A DNA stretch of 62,129 bases, the filler included. It is 11 parts of 11 records of this genome, joined end to end, with 100 filler letters (N's around TTAATTAATTAA, not from the genome) between each part and the next. Parts side by side here need not be neighbours in the genome. Positions count along the whole stretch, not along the records: positions 28,380 to 32,949 come from SRR7504441_4885; positions 33,050 to 36,786 come from SRR7504441_4886; positions 36,887 to 42,286 come from SRR7504441_4887; 8 more parts are not named here. One strand, 5' to 3'. The notes beneath the pieces are model-generated. The model worked only from the letters and a program-made list of their open reading frames with translations, was not told the DNA's origin and did no database searches. Below are positions 31,889 to 42,386 of this stretch, one piece after another; position 1 is the stretch's first letter; each line of letters begins with the position of its first letter. A program made the position numbers and the translations under genes.

Positions 31889-32949
31889 ATGAGCTCCACG
31901 AGCTTCCAGTTTCCCCAGGGGACCGAGTCGCCCTCGATCCGCGAAAAGTACCAGAAGCTGCTCGAGGTGTACCAGAAGTGCAAGAAGGAGGCCACGGTGC
32001 TTCGGAAGGTCGGGCGGGGCGGCGGGCTGGTTCGACTGGGGGCGCAGGCGCTGATCGCGGACCAGGAGACGCACAAATTCCACGACAATGTGATCAAGGA
32101 GAAGGAAGTGCTGCTCCGTTCGAGCGTCGAGGAGAACGACATGCTGACTTTCAACAACCAGCGGCTGACCCGGCGAGTTGAGCAATTAGTCCAGCACCTG
32201 CAGGAGGAGAAGAAGAACGTGGGCGTGGGCTGGGGCAGCTTCTTCTCCGGGTCCAAGACTGAGATCGCCCGGCTGAACAGCGATCTGGAGGTCACCCGGG
32301 AGCAGCTGGCGCACAAGCTGAGCGAGAACGAAGGGCTGGTCAGCCAGATGTGCCAGCTGCGCTCGGAGAACGAGCAGACGGTGGCGATGCTGGACAAGAA
32401 GCTGACCGAGTTCAAGCGGGTGGTCAAGGAGAAGGAGGACGAGGTCGTGGCGCTCGGGGGACTCAGCGAGAGCCAGCAGGTGGCTCGCTTCTCTGCGGGC
32501 CGTGTGTCGACTGGCTGGTGCAGGCTGAGCTGAATGACCAGAAGAACGCGCTGAACCAGCGGCTGGCCTTGCTCGAGCGCGAGCTGGAGCAGACCCGGAC
32601 GCTGATGCAGGAGCGCGAGCAGACCATGACTACAATCAACAGGCAATTGAGTAGCGACCTTGAGCGTACCCAGCACCTGTTCGACCATAAGGTAGCGAGC
32701 CGGGCGGCCGGCCAGCCTGGAGCGGAGGCAGGTGGCGTTCGACGACACCAAGTTCTCCGAGTTCAATAAGATGAACATCCCTGGGTTTGATCGGGTGCTG
32801 ATGATTCGGAAGATTGAGATCGCAGAGCAGGCGAGGAGCCTGTTTGAAAACCTTTGGAGCACATTCCGCGACCACGACCAGGCTTACGTGGACCGGCTGA
32901 ACCTGATGGGCCGGAACCTGTCGGCCATGTCCAAGCTGCAGCGGGTGAA
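31889..32949 (+). CDS. PPP1R21: PPP1R21 (KLRAQ1, FERRY subunit Fy-2) homolog, 3' truncated
   Basis: EKYQKLLEVYQKCKKEATVLRK|ALIADQ..ENDMLTFNNQRLTRRVEQL and FDHK|VAFDDTKFSEFNKMNIP parallel the recalled human GKYQKLAQEYSKLRAQNQVLKKGV..EMDSLTFRNLQLAKRVELL and NEKVPFNDTKYSQYNALNVP. Confidence 0.85.
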
Positions 32950-33049
32950 NNNNNNNNNNNNNNNNNNNNNNNNNNNNNNNNNNNNNNNNNNNNTTAATTA
33001 ATTAANNNNNNNNNNNNNNNNNNNNNNNNNNNNNNNNNNNNNNNNNNNN
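32950..33049. other. Artificial contig-joining spacer
   Basis: N44-TTAATTAATTAA-N44. Confidence 0.99.
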
Positions 33050-33316
33050 TTAGACCCGAAGTTATTGACGGAGTAGCGTTACTAGTTCTCCTAGCAGCAC
33101 TTAATTACTGATAACATTTGATTCGAATTCGATCGTTTAATGTGGCAGTGTACACATAACGTCTCGCCATGACTTGACAGACAAACTTGTACATTTTGGG
33201 TATGCAAGCTTCAGGTACGAACGAGTCATCCCTTGAGCGTGGCTTTGATTCTGACTTGGAAGGGTCGTTGCCAAGCGGGTGTAGCGATCACGCTTGCGTA
33301 GAGAAATATATGGGGG

Positions 33317-34708
33317 TCAGGCGTCCAGCTGGGTCGGGAGTATCGTGCGGAACCCAGTCAGGCACGAGTACTTGACGCACATGGCGTGCGACCGCGGGGT
33401 CATCATCGGGGTGGTCTGGACCCATCTGTCGCTCTGGGGCTCGTACCGCTCGACCAAATCCAGCCGATCCACACAGCCCACGTGTCCGTTGCTCGCCGCG
33501 TGAGGGTCGTACCCACCCAGCACGTACACAAAGCCCTGAATCTCCACCGCTGATGCGGCCGAGCGCACCTGCACACACCGATCTAAGGAGCTGGCTGGCC
33601 TGCGGTGCCAGCCACCGCGGTCATGGGCGCGATCTCGGTCCAAAGTTCAGTCTGGGTATTGAAGACCTCTACGCTGCTTAGATACAAGCTCTCCTGGAAG
33701 CCTCCACACACGAAGATCGAATCAGCAGATACTGTAGCTGCCGGGTAGCCTCGCGCGTGCTTCATCGGCGGGACCTCCGACCAGACTCCGCTGAGCGGAT
33801 CGAACCGCTCGACCGTGTTCAAAAACGTTTCGCCGGTTGGGCAGCCGCCGATTGCGTACAGGTGGCTCCCTGCTACGACCGCAGCCACGCTGCCCCACAG
33901 TCAGCCGGGCAGCCAGCGGACAAAGTACCGGGATCTTCGGGATCGCATGTCGGGCATGACGTGCCACTGGTTTGTGCTGGGGCAGAAGGCCTCCACTTGG
34001 CTCTCGCATTGCATCGGGTAGGGGTTTGAGTACCCGCCCATCACGTACAGCTTCCCTTGGAGCACTGCACCAGAGGCGCACCGGCCGTAGCCCATGCTCG
34101 GCAGCTGATGCCACTGCTGGTCCCGCTGCTTGAACACCTCCGCCGTCGCCAGGCAAGTCTCGCCATCGTACCCGCCAAACACATACAGATCGCTCCGGTA
34201 CACTACAGCCACCCCCGCCGACCGCTTGGAGCCCATCGACGGCACCTCAAGCCAGCGACCGGCAGACCAGTTGTACATCTCGGCGGTGCTCAGCCGCTCG
34301 TCCACCGCCGTGTTTGCGGTGGTTCGGCCTGGCCGCCGGTCAGTCCGCCCTCCGGCCCGCGGCGGCACCCCCGAGGCAAACAAGCACCTCAGCCCAGAAG
34401 GCAAACACATAGTGGAGCATGTCGGCTTGGGCGGCCAGCTTGTGCAGCGGCGAGTGTGGGTCGTGCGTCCCGAGCAGCACGGTCCGGACGATCGGGTTCT
34501 TCCAGACGCAAGGCATCTCAATCTGTTGCAGCTCGGCCGCCGCGCTGGTGCTCTCCAAGCCGCCCGGCCCGAACTGTTGCACGGAAGCCTCCTCCGCCGC
34601 GCTGATTGAGCCTTGCTGTCCAGCCAGCCGACGCCGCGCCAGCCAACTTCGGACCGCCGACTGGATTCGGCCGGCCGCCGATTCGCTGCTGCCGCCCCAA
34701 TCCTCCAT
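33317..34708 (-). CDS. IQ-motif + Kelch-repeat protein; 3 introns
   Basis: ATG 34708 MEDWGG..AAGRIQSAVRSWLARRRL (IQ); six kelch blades (VCLG|GR, LYVFGGYDG, LYVMGGY, LYAIGG, IFVCGG, VYVLGGYD with E.Y/F.P...W). Confidence 0.88.
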
Positions 34709-34754
34709 TGAGAAGTCACTTTTTGGCGAGGAAGGCTGGGCGGGGCGGACTGGC

Positions 34755-35190
34755 ATGCCTGGCCAGGTGAGCACCGACGCGGCGCTGGCCCAGGCGCTCC
34801 AGGAGGTGACGCCCAGCGAGGCCCGGCAGGCAGCCTTGGGCAGGAGTACGACCAGGAGGCTGCGCGGGAGCGGGAGGCCCAGGCGCAGCCGGCGCAGGTG
34901 GTGGTGCACAGGGTCGTCACCGCACCCCCCCGGGCGGTGCTGGTCCAGCCCAGCCTCCGGCTCCTGTGCGGGGGGTGTGGAGCCACGTTCGTCAGCGCGG
35001 GAGCCTTCGAAGGGCTGTGCTCGTGTCCGGTCTGTGGAGCCATCAACGAAGTTCCGCGGGTCTACTATTCGGATCCATACTATAGAGACATCTACTGGCG
35101 GGATAGGTACTACCGTGACCGGTGCGGCCCTGGCTGCGCGTGTTGGCTGAGCCCAGTTGCAGTGACGCCATTTGCTGTGCGCTCATGTAG
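34755..35190 (+). CDS. Small protein with MIU-like helix, CxxC..CxxC zinc ribbon and C-terminal CCALM prenylation motif; 2 introns
   Basis: Spliced: MPGQVSTDAALAQALQE|EYDQEAARE..LLCGGCGATF..CSCPVCGAINEVP..RYYRDR|DAICCALM stop (35188-35190); both introns GT-AG, 38 and 41 nt. Confidence 0.7.
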
Positions 35191-35580
35191 CCGCAACCCG
35201 GTGGGTTTGTTGATTAAGCGCTCTACCGCCGTACCGCGTGGGCAATGCAGCCGGGGCACCCCACCTTGTACAGTAGACAAGCTATAAAACTAAGGCATCA
35301 CCGGTATAGGGGACGCAAGATAGGTAGATGATTGCCGACGATGACTATTGAAAGTGTACATACTACATGTCGTGGAAATTCAAGGAGGGCAACAATCATG
35401 TTCTACTAAGTCTTATGATCGAATGTTATATACACTCCCAAAAGTCTCCCAATTTGTTGAACATGTAGGCACCGATTGGTTAAACTTGTGTGCCCAGCCC
35501 AGTGCCGACTGATAGATCTAGACTATGTAGAGCTACGGCACTCGGCAACTGACGTAAGAGCACAAAGTGGTGGTCAACGC

Positions 35581-36073
35581 ATGGAGAAGCCGGTGGACTC
35601 GATGGCCAAAGTGGACATGTTCGGTACCCCGGGCGGCCAGGCGGCCGACTGAGCTCTGTGTGGCAGTGTGCGGGCACGCCGTGACCGCCTTTCTGTTTGC
35701 CTCGCTGATGCTGGCCCGGCCGGGCATCTTCGGCTTGTTCAGCCTGGACCCGATACCGGACGATTCTCTCACGGCCGACGCCATCCGCTGGGCCAGCCCG
35801 TTCGTGTTTGGGTTCGCAGGGCTGGCCGGCTCGTCGCTGTACATGGGCCCGGCTGAGCGGCTGACAGTGGCCGGGCTGTTCGCGTGCAGCTTCTGGCTGG
35901 CAGTGTGTGTGGGAGGGTTCGTGCAGGCGAGTGGCCGCTGGGGCGAGTGGCACGTGCTCAACATTGGGCTGTTCGGTGGGTTGGCGGTGGGATACACCTG
36001 GATCTGGTCGCACGCCGGCCTGCTCGCCGATAGGAGCCGCCGGGCCCAACCGACATCGTGTCTGGTCAATTAA
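35581..36073 (+). CDS. Hypothetical 4-TM membrane protein; 1 intron
   Basis: MEKPVDSMAKVDMF|VCGHAVTAFLFASLMLARP.. after a 43-nt GT-AG intron with CTGAG branch-like motif; four hydrophobic segments. Confidence 0.65.
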
Positions 36074-36786
36074 GCTGTGGGCGGATACGACTTGCCTAGG
36101 AGGCGCTGGCGCGACGAGGCTGTTGGCTACATACCTGAGGTTAAGGTCGGTATGTAGCCAATCTCGAGCGTGGAGCTTTGTAGGCTGGAGGGGTCTTTGT
36201 AAATGATCCGCTCGGCCGGAATCAACTTTTGGCTCGGTTGAATCAGTGAATCCGATCTAGAGAAACCCGCACCCACCCACGCCCACAGGGACTAGTTGCC
36301 AGTATAGCTTCAGGAATAAATCTCAACACGTCCACTATGAGGCGTTGGTGTATTTGTTGCACACTCGCGGCGCGGTACATACATGTATGTGTATCGAGCT
36401 CGTTGCTTGCAGCCGCGGCTCGGTAGCGGCTCGGACCACAAGCCACAGGCTGGCGGCCGTTCTGCTCCTTCGGTCCGGCCGGCGGCTTGTCACGGACAAC
36501 GTGTTAGCCGGCCCGGACAAGCTAGGGACGCGAACCACTCGCTGCGAGCTACAGTACTGCGAGCTGGACCAACTCCAAATCGGGAAGCCGAACAGTCTCA
36601 AGCTCCCCACCCGCGCATGCCAGCCGATTTGAGCATGGGGCTCCGGGGGGGCGGGTGCTGGGCGGATCGGAGCCCGGCCCGGTCCGGATAATCGCCGGGC
36701 CAGTACCGTGCGATGCGGGGCTTGCCGGCCCGGCTGGCCGCCTGCCTAATCTGTCGGCTGGCCATCGGCGGGGTCCACCGACTGGC

Positions 36787-36886
36787 NNNNNNNNNNNNNN
36801 NNNNNNNNNNNNNNNNNNNNNNNNNNNNNNTTAATTAATTAANNNNNNNNNNNNNNNNNNNNNNNNNNNNNNNNNNNNNNNNNNNN
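36787..36886. other. Artificial contig-joining spacer
   Basis: N44-TTAATTAATTAA-N44. Confidence 0.99.
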
Positions 36887-36913
36887 GTTACTTTGATGTT
36901 GCATGTAACTTGC

Positions 36914-39910
36914 TTATTTTGAACTAATTTTGAACTTGGCTTTTGCTGGTGCTGCAACTTTAATTGTGATTTTCCTGCCAATTGGTTGTGGTTGCCGAAC
37001 TACGCGTGCCTTCAGCTTCGAACTGCTGCCTCTCATTGGTTGACAAGTGGTGACTAGATTGGCAGCAAATGTCGAATTGGCTGTTTCTGATCCTTGCAGA
37101 ATGGCCATAACTTCCGCATCACAGAGTGTTCTAGACTCATTTGTGACAGGTGGCCGTTTTGCAGGAGCAGAGCGGATGCGATATGCTCTGTGACGATACA
37201 GGACACCTTGCTTGCGTATGGCTTGGGCTTCTCTTGTCTCGTTGGCCCAGCTTTGGAGTCGCCTCCATGCTGCATAGACCTTTGCATTGCACCATCTCAC
37301 TGCTGCCTTACGGAGCAGCTGATGGGGTCGGTTCCGGTTGCGCTGAGAACGGACAGCAATCAAGCCCCATTGTCTGTTCAGCAAATGGATACTCCCATCT
37401 GAGCTTCTGGTCTCCCCAGGTAATATCCGAGGCTTCTGTGATGCTGAATCTCTAGATTTCTGCCTGCGATCTGATCCAAAGAATGCAATGAACTGTTTAC
37501 GAGCCTCACAGAGCTCCTTTGCATCTGGAAAAGCAGAGATAGAGACTGATGAAATAGAATTCGATCTCGGTCGATGGCGTACGCTCGGCGGCTCGGGTGC
37601 TTTACACAAGGTGTGCTCATCAAGGGGCTGTGCCGGCGTATCTAAGGGAATAGGCCTATCTTGTGTGAATGAGGCTTTTGCCTGCCAAAGAGCTGGGGGA
37701 GCACTTGATGGTCGGGCCTGTGAATCTGGCTCGTCATCTGCTCTTCCAATAGGCTGTGTCAGCTTCCCTTGACCTGTGGTGGAGCTCCCAGCTGAACTTT
37801 CTTTTGGGTTGTCCGGCTCATCAACAGTTTCTTTTGAGGGTCCACTCATTTCTTGGATCCAGGCTGTAAGTTCCTCATTGGCCGTTGGCCGCAGATTGTC
37901 TGCAGGGTTATCCTGCTGGAATGACACGGCAAGGCCCGAGGGAAAGCCCAGGAGTAAGTCAGATGCATTCATTGCGAGAGATTGTGGCGCTTCAAAGTAA
38001 CAGAAGGTGTGAATTGGGCAGATGCGCTCCGAAGTGAGCATTGATAGTCTCACAGTGCAGTCACTTGAGGCACTGATTAAGCTTTTGCAACTTTTCGTCA
38101 ATCGCTCATCAACTGTAAGCCACTTTCCCAGTTGCAACTGCGTCATCTTGCCGGCATGCATCTTTACATATGCGCTTTCTCTCAAGCGAATCTGCCCATT
38201 ATCTGTCACCCACTTGAAAAGTTGTACAGCACCATTTTTCAACCCCAAGACGAGACAATCTTCTGTTGCCGCAACCACAGCTGTTGCTTCTCTTGCATAA
38301 GTCATAGTGTGTACTCGCCAGGGTGCATCCCGTGGCTCCCGCTTGTCGGGCATTCCAAGTAGCTTAATTGTACCCCCTGCAGAGCAGCAGAGCACTGTTC
38401 CAGCAGGATCACAGAAGACAATGCCAATAATCTCTTCTGAGAGAGCCTGAAATGCATGAGCTACCAACTGGGGACGACCTGCTTGACGACTATTGGGCCG
38501 AAGCGCCACAAGCCAGCCAGTCTTTGATCCAGCGACCAACACAAGGCCCCGCGCATCGCTGGCAGCGCATTTGAGCGATCCAACACTTGGGTCCTCAAAT
38601 GCTTTTGCAAGAACGCCCTTGCCTGATTGGTGCAGCTCACCTTTGAGTACTGCAACGACACCCTCGTCGCAAGCCAAGGCTAAGCAGCCTCCTTCATTCA
38701 AAAAGACACAAGAATTTGGTCTGACTGCAAATTGATGATGGACAGCGCTCAAAGAGTGTTCAGCAATTAGTCTGCCCGAGTTCAGTGATAGCACCGATAC
38801 CTGGTGACTAAAGAGCATAAAAAGTGTCTGGTGTTGAGCCTGTTGAGGGCCCCCAACAACTTGCATGGCAATGATGGGCTGGCTCTCGCGGGTGAGCCGG
38901 ACATTGTTGGCGCATACGCTAATCTGCACTACCTCATGATCGGTACCCACGGCTAGTAGATACTCTCGATGCAGCACTGGGGCAATACCAACTGCAGTCA
39001 GCAGTATGACAGCATCCAACTTTTCCATTTGGGTAAGACAATCTCCGGTGCCTGTGTGAAATAACAACAGTCTGCCAGTCTGCTCTGATACTGCTAGCTG
39101 TGATCCACTGCCGAGCACTGCCATTGAGCAAAACTTCTCTGTTGCAGCACGGAAAGCCGGAGCCCAAGTGGGAGACGTCACTTTGTTGGCACAGCCAAAG
39201 CTATGCACGTGGTATTCACAGCCCGCAAAAAGCGACAGTGAAAATGGACAGAGCACAATAGTACGCAGCGGTGAAGCACAGGCAGTAGCTAGCTGCCACA
39301 TTTTCTTACCTGTATTCAGGTGCCATACAGCAATTTGGGTGTCAGTACAAGCTGCAGACAAGTAGCCGCACGGAGCGTCGGCGCCAGAAATTACGAGCAC
39401 ACGATTTGAGGGACCTAGGTGGTCTTCGAATTGATGTGCGCACGGCCAGGCGTCCAGGCACCCACACGTCCAAGCAGCCATCGCCCCAGTTTCGGATCCA
39501 AAGAGCAGATGAAGCCCGCATGTGGCTATGCAGCTGATGGCAGCGCTTCCATTCATGGGTGTGAAGTGATGTACTAAATGAAAGTCCTCGGGGTGCAGAC
39601 AGTAGCTGGTGGACTCGACGGCGACCACAATGCAGTCTGCTGGCTGGCTGAACCCGATCAGCGCTGGCTGGCTGACCGTGTCGAGCCCGAGCCGCTCGGT
39701 CAGCTCGGCGCCATGATAGAGCCGGTGCGAAAGTGACACGCTCCGGAGGCTGCTTCCCTGCAGCAAGTGCACTCTCCCGCGGGATGAATCATACGCTGCT
39801 GCCGGCGGCCCCCCTGACAGTGCAGCTCGGCCCACAGTGGCATCCCGCACCCGACGGTCCAACCGCAGCAGCGCGTCGGCCGGATCGCGCTGTGATGACC
39901 GCCGGGGCAT
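36914..39910 (-). CDS. Divergent WD40/beta-propeller protein with disordered basic C-terminus (~1000 aa, single ORF)
   Basis: LLFGSETGAMAAW, SAACTDTQIAVWHL, LVAGSKTGWLV, CCSAGGTIKL, HAGKMTQL..LISASSDCTVRL; first ATG 39910. Confidence 0.75.
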   Translation of the reverse strand: MPRRSSQRDPADALLRLDRRVRDATVGRAALSGGPPAAAYDSSRGRVHLLQGSSLRSVSLSHRLYHGAELTERLGLDTVSQPALIGFSQPADCIVVAVESTSYCLHPEDFHLVHHFTPMNGSAAISCIATCGLHLLFGSETGAMAAWTCGCLDAWPCAHQFEDHLGPSNRVLVISGADAPCGYLSAACTDTQIAVWHLNTGKKMWQLATACASPLRTIVLCPFSLSLFAGCEYHVHSFGCANKVTSPTWAPAFRAATEKFCSMAVLGSGSQLAVSEQTGRLLLFHTGTGDCLTQMEKLDAVILLTAVGIAPVLHREYLLAVGTDHEVVQISVCANNVRLTRESQPIIAMQVVGGPQQAQHQTLFMLFSHQVSVLSLNSGRLIAEHSLSAVHHQFAVRPNSCVFLNEGGCLALACDEGVVAVLKGELHQSGKGVLAKAFEDPSVGSLKCAASDARGLVLVAGSKTGWLVALRPNSRQAGRPQLVAHAFQALSEEIIGIVFCDPAGTVLCCSAGGTIKLLGMPDKREPRDAPWRVHTMTYAREATAVVAATEDCLVLGLKNGAVQLFKWVTDNGQIRLRESAYVKMHAGKMTQLQLGKWLTVDERLTKSCKSLISASSDCTVRLSMLTSERICPIHTFCYFEAPQSLAMNASDLLLGFPSGLAVSFQQDNPADNLRPTANEELTAWIQEMSGPSKETVDEPDNPKESSAGSSTTGQGKLTQPIGRADDEPDSQARPSSAPPALWQAKASFTQDRPIPLDTPAQPLDEHTLCKAPEPPSVRHRPRSNSISSVSISAFPDAKELCEARKQFIAFFGSDRRQKSRDSASQKPRILPGETRSSDGSIHLLNRQWGLIAVRSQRNRNRPHQLLRKAAVRWCNAKVYAAWRRLQSWANETREAQAIRKQGVLYRHRAYRIRSAPAKRPPVTNESRTLCDAEVMAILQGSETANSTFAANLVTTCQPMRGSSSKLKARVVRQPQPIGRKITIKVAAPAKAKFKISSK

Positions 39911-40030
39911 CTGCCCCAGCCGCCCCGCGAGCAAGGCTGGCCCTCCTCCTTGGCCTCAGCCCGGCACCGGAAGCCACTGCAGCTCTTCGCCTTCGTGTGA
40001 TAAGGCGGGAAATCTATAAATACCGCACCA

Positions 40031-40612
40031 ATGCAGGCGCCGCCGATTTCGCGCCAGGCCGACCGGGGCGGGTTTGTGCCGGCCCCGGGGACCGAGACCG
40101 GGGCGGTGATCCTGACCAACACGCTCGAGACCACGGGGCTCTGCCGCAGCCTGCCGACCAACATCGGGGACGTGCGGCCGGTGCACGTGAACGTCAACTC
40201 TCTCCGGAACACCACCGCCGCCCGGTACTCGTGCGACACGCTGTGCGGCAACTGGAGCGAAGAGCGGCGGGACACGATGGCGATGAAGGTCGGGGACGAC
40301 GCGGTGCTCCGCAAGAGCATGACTGCCCACCTGTACCAGTCGGTCCACCACGAGGGCCAGCAGGCCACGGAGGCCGACCGGCGCCCGACCGAGCAAATAG
40401 TGGAGGACGAGGGCGAGCGGCTGCAGACCACCACCGCCCGGACGCACACCAACCAGTTCCTGTGCGGCCGGAACGAGAAGACCCAGGAGGTGGGCGAGCT
40501 GTTCAAGGAGACGGACCAGCTGCGCGAGTACAGGGCAAAGTGGACCTCCAGGCCGCTCATCAAGGAGACCGAGCACAGCATTGCATTCCAGGACTGGGGC
40601 GCCGCCAGCTGA
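40031..40612 (+). CDS. NWE-motif ciliary microtubule inner protein-like (CFAP107/CFAP68/CFAP95 class)
   Basis: RYSCDTLCGNWSEERR matches the Y-S-x-x-[TV]-L-x-G-N-W-x-E-E-R signature; strong GC3 codon bias. Confidence 0.65.
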   Translation: MQAPPISRQADRGGFVPAPGTETGAVILTNTLETTGLCRSLPTNIGDVRPVHVNVNSLRNTTAARYSCDTLCGNWSEERRDTMAMKVGDDAVLRKSMTAHLYQSVHHEGQQATEADRRPTEQIVEDEGERLQTTTARTHTNQFLCGRNEKTQEVGELFKETDQLREYRAKWTSRPLIKETEHSIAFQDWGAAS

Positions 40613-40865
40613 ACCGTCAGTGCCTGAGGCTGGGCCTAGATGATGCCGGAGAGGCTATCTGACTCTTGTCTACTCATGTACGTTTGATAAAATAATTAAT
40701 AATTAAGGGGAGATTTCTATGTGTGTTTATGAAACAACGTAGAGTACAGCCGGTTCGCTCACATGAGAGAGTCTAATAGCTGCGTTGTTCTCACCGGATT
40801 TCGCCGGCACAAGTTGCCGCCAAGACCACTCTGGTGGAGCGTGGCTTTGGCTGGAAGCAGCGGGC

Positions 40866-41599
40866 TCAGTCCTTTCGGGCCTTGACCTGCTTAAAGTCCT
40901 CTTCGGCCAGCCCCCAGCTGGAGGACCCGAGCTGGCACAGGTTGACGATCTGCTTGAGCAGCCAGGCCGGGCCGCACACATAGTAGCACAGCTGCTCGAG
41001 CGTGAGTCCAGCGATCAGAACTGGATTGAACCCGTGCCGCGGGTGGAACATGTACAGGAAGATGTAGAAGAACTCTTGCCCCACGCACAGGTAACCGAAG
41101 AACGGGTACACGCTGTAGTACCAGCGCATCAGGAAGAAAACGTCCTGGTTGGCCTCGTCCGACTTGTGGTGCTCGCCCTTGACGGCGGCCAGGTACATGG
41201 CGCACCAGTGTGAGCTGAAGTCGAGCACCACGCAGAACAGTAACCCGAGCCGGTACTGCGGGTAGAACTCGGACCAGCCCAGGATGACCAGCAGCCCCGC
41301 GGTCGAGCACCGGTCGGTCACCATGTCCAGCACTCCACCCAGCGAGCTGCACTGGTCAAAGTACCGAGCCGCCTTGCCGTCGAGCAGGTCAGCCGCGAAG
41401 CTGGTGATATACAGCCCCATCACAAACACCTGCAGCAGCCGGCTCAGGCCCAAGAGAGGCCGGACGGCCGGACCCATTGCTCTGGGCCGCACTGGTCCGC
41501 AATGACGAAAGCGGCGAGGGTGGCCACGATCCGGAAGTAGCCGATTAGGTTGGGCACATACAGAAACACGTCCACGGGGCTCTTTGCCCGAGCCACCAT
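40866..41599 (-). CDS. PIS1: CDP-diacylglycerol--inositol 3-phosphatidyltransferase (PI synthase); 1 intron
   Basis: VFLYVPNLIGYFRI, DLLDGKAARYFDQCSSLGGVLDMVTDR (CDP-alcohol phosphotransferase motif), LDFSSHW, HK, LCVGQEFF, LKQIVNLCQL. Confidence 0.95.
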
Positions 41600-41865
41600 C
41601 CTGTGCCCGAATGGGCGATCCTGGAAACAATTCGTTGCCCGCGCCATTCGTCCCCAGGCGTTTTGGAAAGGCAACGAAAGAAATCGGTCTGTGTCGGTTT
41701 CATTAGATCTACGTGTACGTACAGTACAGCCGCATCCTCAGTCACGGTACCGTGACGTGTACTGAAGTGCGACTGACGCCGGCGTGCAGCTTACGTGCAG
41801 CTGCAGATCTATATGTGTAGGTCGGTCTGTCTAGTACAAAGAGACATAAGGGATTGCTAATCACT

Positions 41866-42286
41866 TCATGTGTATATTAAAAGCCACCAAAGAGCTTCAA
41901 CTGCACTTGCAGTTGTTTGAGCGTTTCCCCCCACTGAGTCAAGGCTATTTGGAGTCACTAACGCAGATCTGTCGGGGCTGCTCGCCATGCTCGTGGCCTG
42001 AGCCATCTTAATGCGAGAAGCCATTCGAGAGGGGGGGGCAGATTTCATTCGCGACCTTGAAGCAGGCCTAGGGTTGATTCCATACTCTTCCTCCTGAAAC
42101 TTACAGTCCTGATACAGTATAAACGTATTGACCTCTAGTATGAGCATTTCGAGCTGACCTACTGCCTCTTGTGACAAGTGATATTCCTCCATCATTCGGT
42201 GCGCTAGATTCACATACTGTTCTGCGTCGTCATTCCTAGCCGAGGGCATTAACGTGTGCACGCCTTGTGCATGTGGGTGGTGTTTA
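41866..42286 (-). CDS. Hypothetical protein, 3' end only
   Basis: ORF open to contig end; no recognisable domain. Confidence 0.4.
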
Positions 42287-42386
42287 NNNNNNNNNNNNNN
42301 NNNNNNNNNNNNNNNNNNNNNNNNNNNNNNTTAATTAATTAANNNNNNNNNNNNNNNNNNNNNNNNNNNNNNNNNNNNNNNNNNNN
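42287..42386. other. Artificial contig-joining spacer
   Basis: N44-TTAATTAATTAA-N44. Confidence 0.99.

Noticed and set aside
31189-34844. Similar intron starts (GTGACGCC.. in ProRS and the CaaX gene, both 38 nt) suggesting an introner family
   Set aside because: Similarity is limited to the termini, interiors differ and no target-site duplications are seen; a genome-wide all-vs-all intron comparison would be needed.
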